64,000 nt of DNA. It comes from Gekko japonicus. Its lineage: Eukaryota. Every line of letters starts with the position of its first letter. Within the stretch, counting starts at the first letter, position 1. Shown here in pieces: positions 61,350 through 64,000 of this stretch. The notes beneath the pieces were generated by a model that worked only from the letters and a program-made list of their open reading frames with translations, made no database searches and was not told the DNA's origin. The position numbers and the translations under genes are program-made. The stretch spans positions 270,650 through 334,649 of the forward strand of contig NW_015160219.1 in NCBI RefSeq assembly GCF_001447785.1, read 5' to 3'.

Positions 61350-62035
61350 CATATATATGTACATATAGAATCTGCCAGTGAAGGTAGCTTTCTGTTATCT
61401 GACAGAATTGGATCATCAAAAATATTTGCTGGTTTGATGCCGCAAATCCTGTTTAGAGAGCCAGTGTGGGGCAGGGGTTAGAGTGCTTGACTTGGATCTG
61501 GGGGGCTAAGGTTCAAATCCCCATGGAAACTTGCTGAGTGACCTTTGACCAGTCACATACTCTCCACCTAACCTACCGCACAAAGGTTATAATGAGGATA
61601 AAATGGAGGATAGGAGGGCAATGTAAGCTGCTTTGAGTCCCCTTTAAGGGGAAAAGTTGGGGGTATAAACAGGCCCGTAGCTACAGTGGGGCATCTCGGG
61701 GCTAGGCCCCCTGGCTTACTAGCAAGGCCCCACAACTTCCTATCCAGCCCAGGGCCCCCGAGTGGAAGCAAGGTGTGGGGAAGGAGCCAGGTATTTCTTT
61801 AATTCAATTAGCCAGTGCCCCCGAAGAAATTTAAATGTCCCCCGACTTTAAAAATCCTGGCTGTTAAAAGTATAGTTTTGGTCCAGCAGATTAACAAGAC
61901 TTCTCATCTAGTATTTCCTGGATAATGTATCCTGCTCACAATCACTAAACTGCAGTGCAGAATATGTAACTCAGCTAGAATCAGGGTCCCTCAACACACA
62001 GCCCTTAAAAATCTTTGGCCAGGGGATTACTTTAA

Positions 62036-62123
62036 GAGTGCAGTCCTAAACAGAGTTACAGTTACCGAAGTCTACTAAAGTCAGTGAGTTTAGAAGGGTG
62101 TAACTCTGTTTAAGATTGCACTG
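62036..62123. mobile_element. ~85-bp palindromic MITE (relatives at ~21630, ~37653, ~52300/52700, ~54594)
   Basis: agtgcagtcctaaacagagttaca...tgtaactctgtttaagattgcact. Confidence 0.7.
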
Positions 62124-63313
62124 TATACATTAAAAATGGTTTGAATGAAAAGTGTCTAGTCTGCTAAGCACATCAAGGGTGATCTTATCTGATAGCATAA
62201 AAATGCAGCATCAGAACTAGTTCAAATGCTGATCACTGATCTCAGCACAGAAATGTCTTGTGTGCAGATTATCTTTCTAATAGTGTCAACCATTTCACAG
62301 AAATCCAAGGCCTCTAACTGAGGCTCTGTAAAGAATCTATCAATTGTTCTTATTGGCATATGGATTGGGTGTACATTGTTATGAAAGGCAGGAAGACATG
62401 ATGCTGTTGCTAATATGCAGATTCAAAACTGCCTAAACTTGTATCCAGCACATAAAGCTTTACCTTCTGACTTCTCCTGAAAAGTCATTGAATGTGGTCA
62501 GTGTAGAACCTTTTTGTTTTTGTTAATTCAGCTTTTTTGTGCATTCAATTTTAATTCTAGCATGGAACAAACAGAAGTTTTCAAACTTTTTGCTTTTAAT
62601 TTCTCTATTTCATTTCTTTGCCCTTTTTCTCTTCCTCACTGAGTTGGGAAAAACAAATCGAAGAAGCACATCTAAACCTTTGTAAAGTTTCATAGCAGGT
62701 CAAAGTAACGTGATGACTATATCCAATGATCCAGGATTTCTTTTATAGTCTTGAGACAGAAACTGCCTTGTTTGTGCAGAGTGACTTTCATTCCAGGTGG
62801 GCCCCATGATATACTATCATCAAACTTTTATTCCATTTCCTGGTTTAAATATAGATTTAGAGAAGTGAACATGATTACATTTCATAGACCACAATCCAGC
62901 ACTGAGTTAGATGTACTTAAGTCAGTTAAATTAACAGTTTTAAGCATGTTGGACCATGGCCAAAAAGGATACCTGGCAAGAGGAACAAATTAAACATGGC
63001 TTAAATACTGTCATTTCTGTAAACAAGTTATTACTACTTGTAGCGTATAACTTCTGCTAGGATGTAATCATGTATAATGACTATCAGTATATATAATTCT
63101 CACCATAGCCCCATCTGTGGATAGTTAAATCTGGAGATTGGACCATGAACAGACAAGTCAGCTGTTTGTAGAAATTTGAGAAAAGCCCCAGAGCTGCAGA
63201 AAAAGAACTAAAGGAAGCATGCATACAAACACAGAGAAAGGGAGACCACATATTATTTTATCCCATCATCCACAATTCTATAGCTTTATGCTGCTGTAAC
63301 TTGTCATTAACAC

Positions 63314-63520
63314 TAGAACAAATTTAGAGTCCAGTGGCACCTTTAAGACCAACAAAGCTTTATTCAAGGTATGAGCTTTCGTGTGCACGCACACTTTATC
63401 AAATACATCAGTATGGCAGGGAAGGTTCAAACTTATAGCCAGAGAATGAAGAGCAAATTAACATGTAACATGATGATGTTCAAGATATGCAAAGTGAAAA
63501 CTAAATAACAAGTTAAGGTT
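63314..63520 (-). mobile_element. Penelope-like terminus with degenerate hammerhead motif
   Basis: gagtccagtggcacctttaagaccaac...gtatgagctttcgtgtgcacgcacac; core reads TTGATAA instead of CTGANGA. Confidence 0.75.
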
Positions 63521-64000
63521 ATAAGGTCAACAGTTGTAAAGCAATAAATATGTCAGACTAGCAGATTAATGTCTAAAGGTGTCTTTTCCACTTGTGGGAA
63601 GTGACTGGGAATCTTCATTCTCTCCCCTCAGGTGTGGAGAGTACTTGACCCTACCTCCCCCTCAAGGGTGTAGACTTTCCAATTTCCCGTGGGGGGGGGG
63701 GGGCTGGGGCGGGGCCGGAGGGTAACAACCCAATATCCCTTGCATTACATTCAGTATTCTAATATACTATTCTGCAAAATAAATACACTAAAATACAGAG
63801 GATTTATAGTCCTTCTTGCTGAGAATACATATGTGAGGACTGAATGAGTTAGCATATGTAATGGGATAAAAATCCTATATCCCTGTTGAGTCCTGGGGAG
63901 GTTTTTGTTCCAAGTGTTGTAATAACTTGTAATTCAGCAGTTTCCCTTTCTATTCTGTTCCTGAAGTTACTTTGTAATAAAACAGCTATTTTGAGGTCAT

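Noticed and set aside
63690-63723. G-rich potential G-quadruplex
   Set aside because: Poly-G runs are common in TE fragments here; nothing supports function.

Overview
Vertebrate genomic DNA, most likely a squamate (gecko-like, judging by Sauria SINEs, 5S-derived SINEs, BovB, RTE-X and Neptune/Penelope elements). It contains two tandem Na+/H+ exchanger genes on the + strand: the last three coding exons of SLC9A4/NHE4 (1793-1924, 4619-4706, 8740-9119) and the CpG-island promoter plus the first three coding exons of SLC9A2/NHE2 (35141-35435, 41661-42124, 54142-54392). All exon junctions are phase-compatible. The rest is intronic or intergenic and dense in transposable elements, with two assembly gaps. 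I do not see a clearly new protein-coding system. The most interesting signals are: (1) a family of short Penelope-derived, hammerhead-ribozyme-bearing elements that form fold-back structures with 13-14 bp target duplications; (2) a hAT MITE that has captured a tandem array of those Penelope termini; (3) a CR1/RTE-X chimera with an uninterrupted ~520-codon RT frame; (4) a probable 5'UTR intron in SLC9A2 whose splicing switches a start-stop codon into a uORF; (5) a perfect 43-bp de novo hairpin; and (6) a BovB/satellite mosaic abutting the SLC9A2 promoter. Repeat-family names come from recalled consensus features, not database searches, and many repeat boundaries are approximate.
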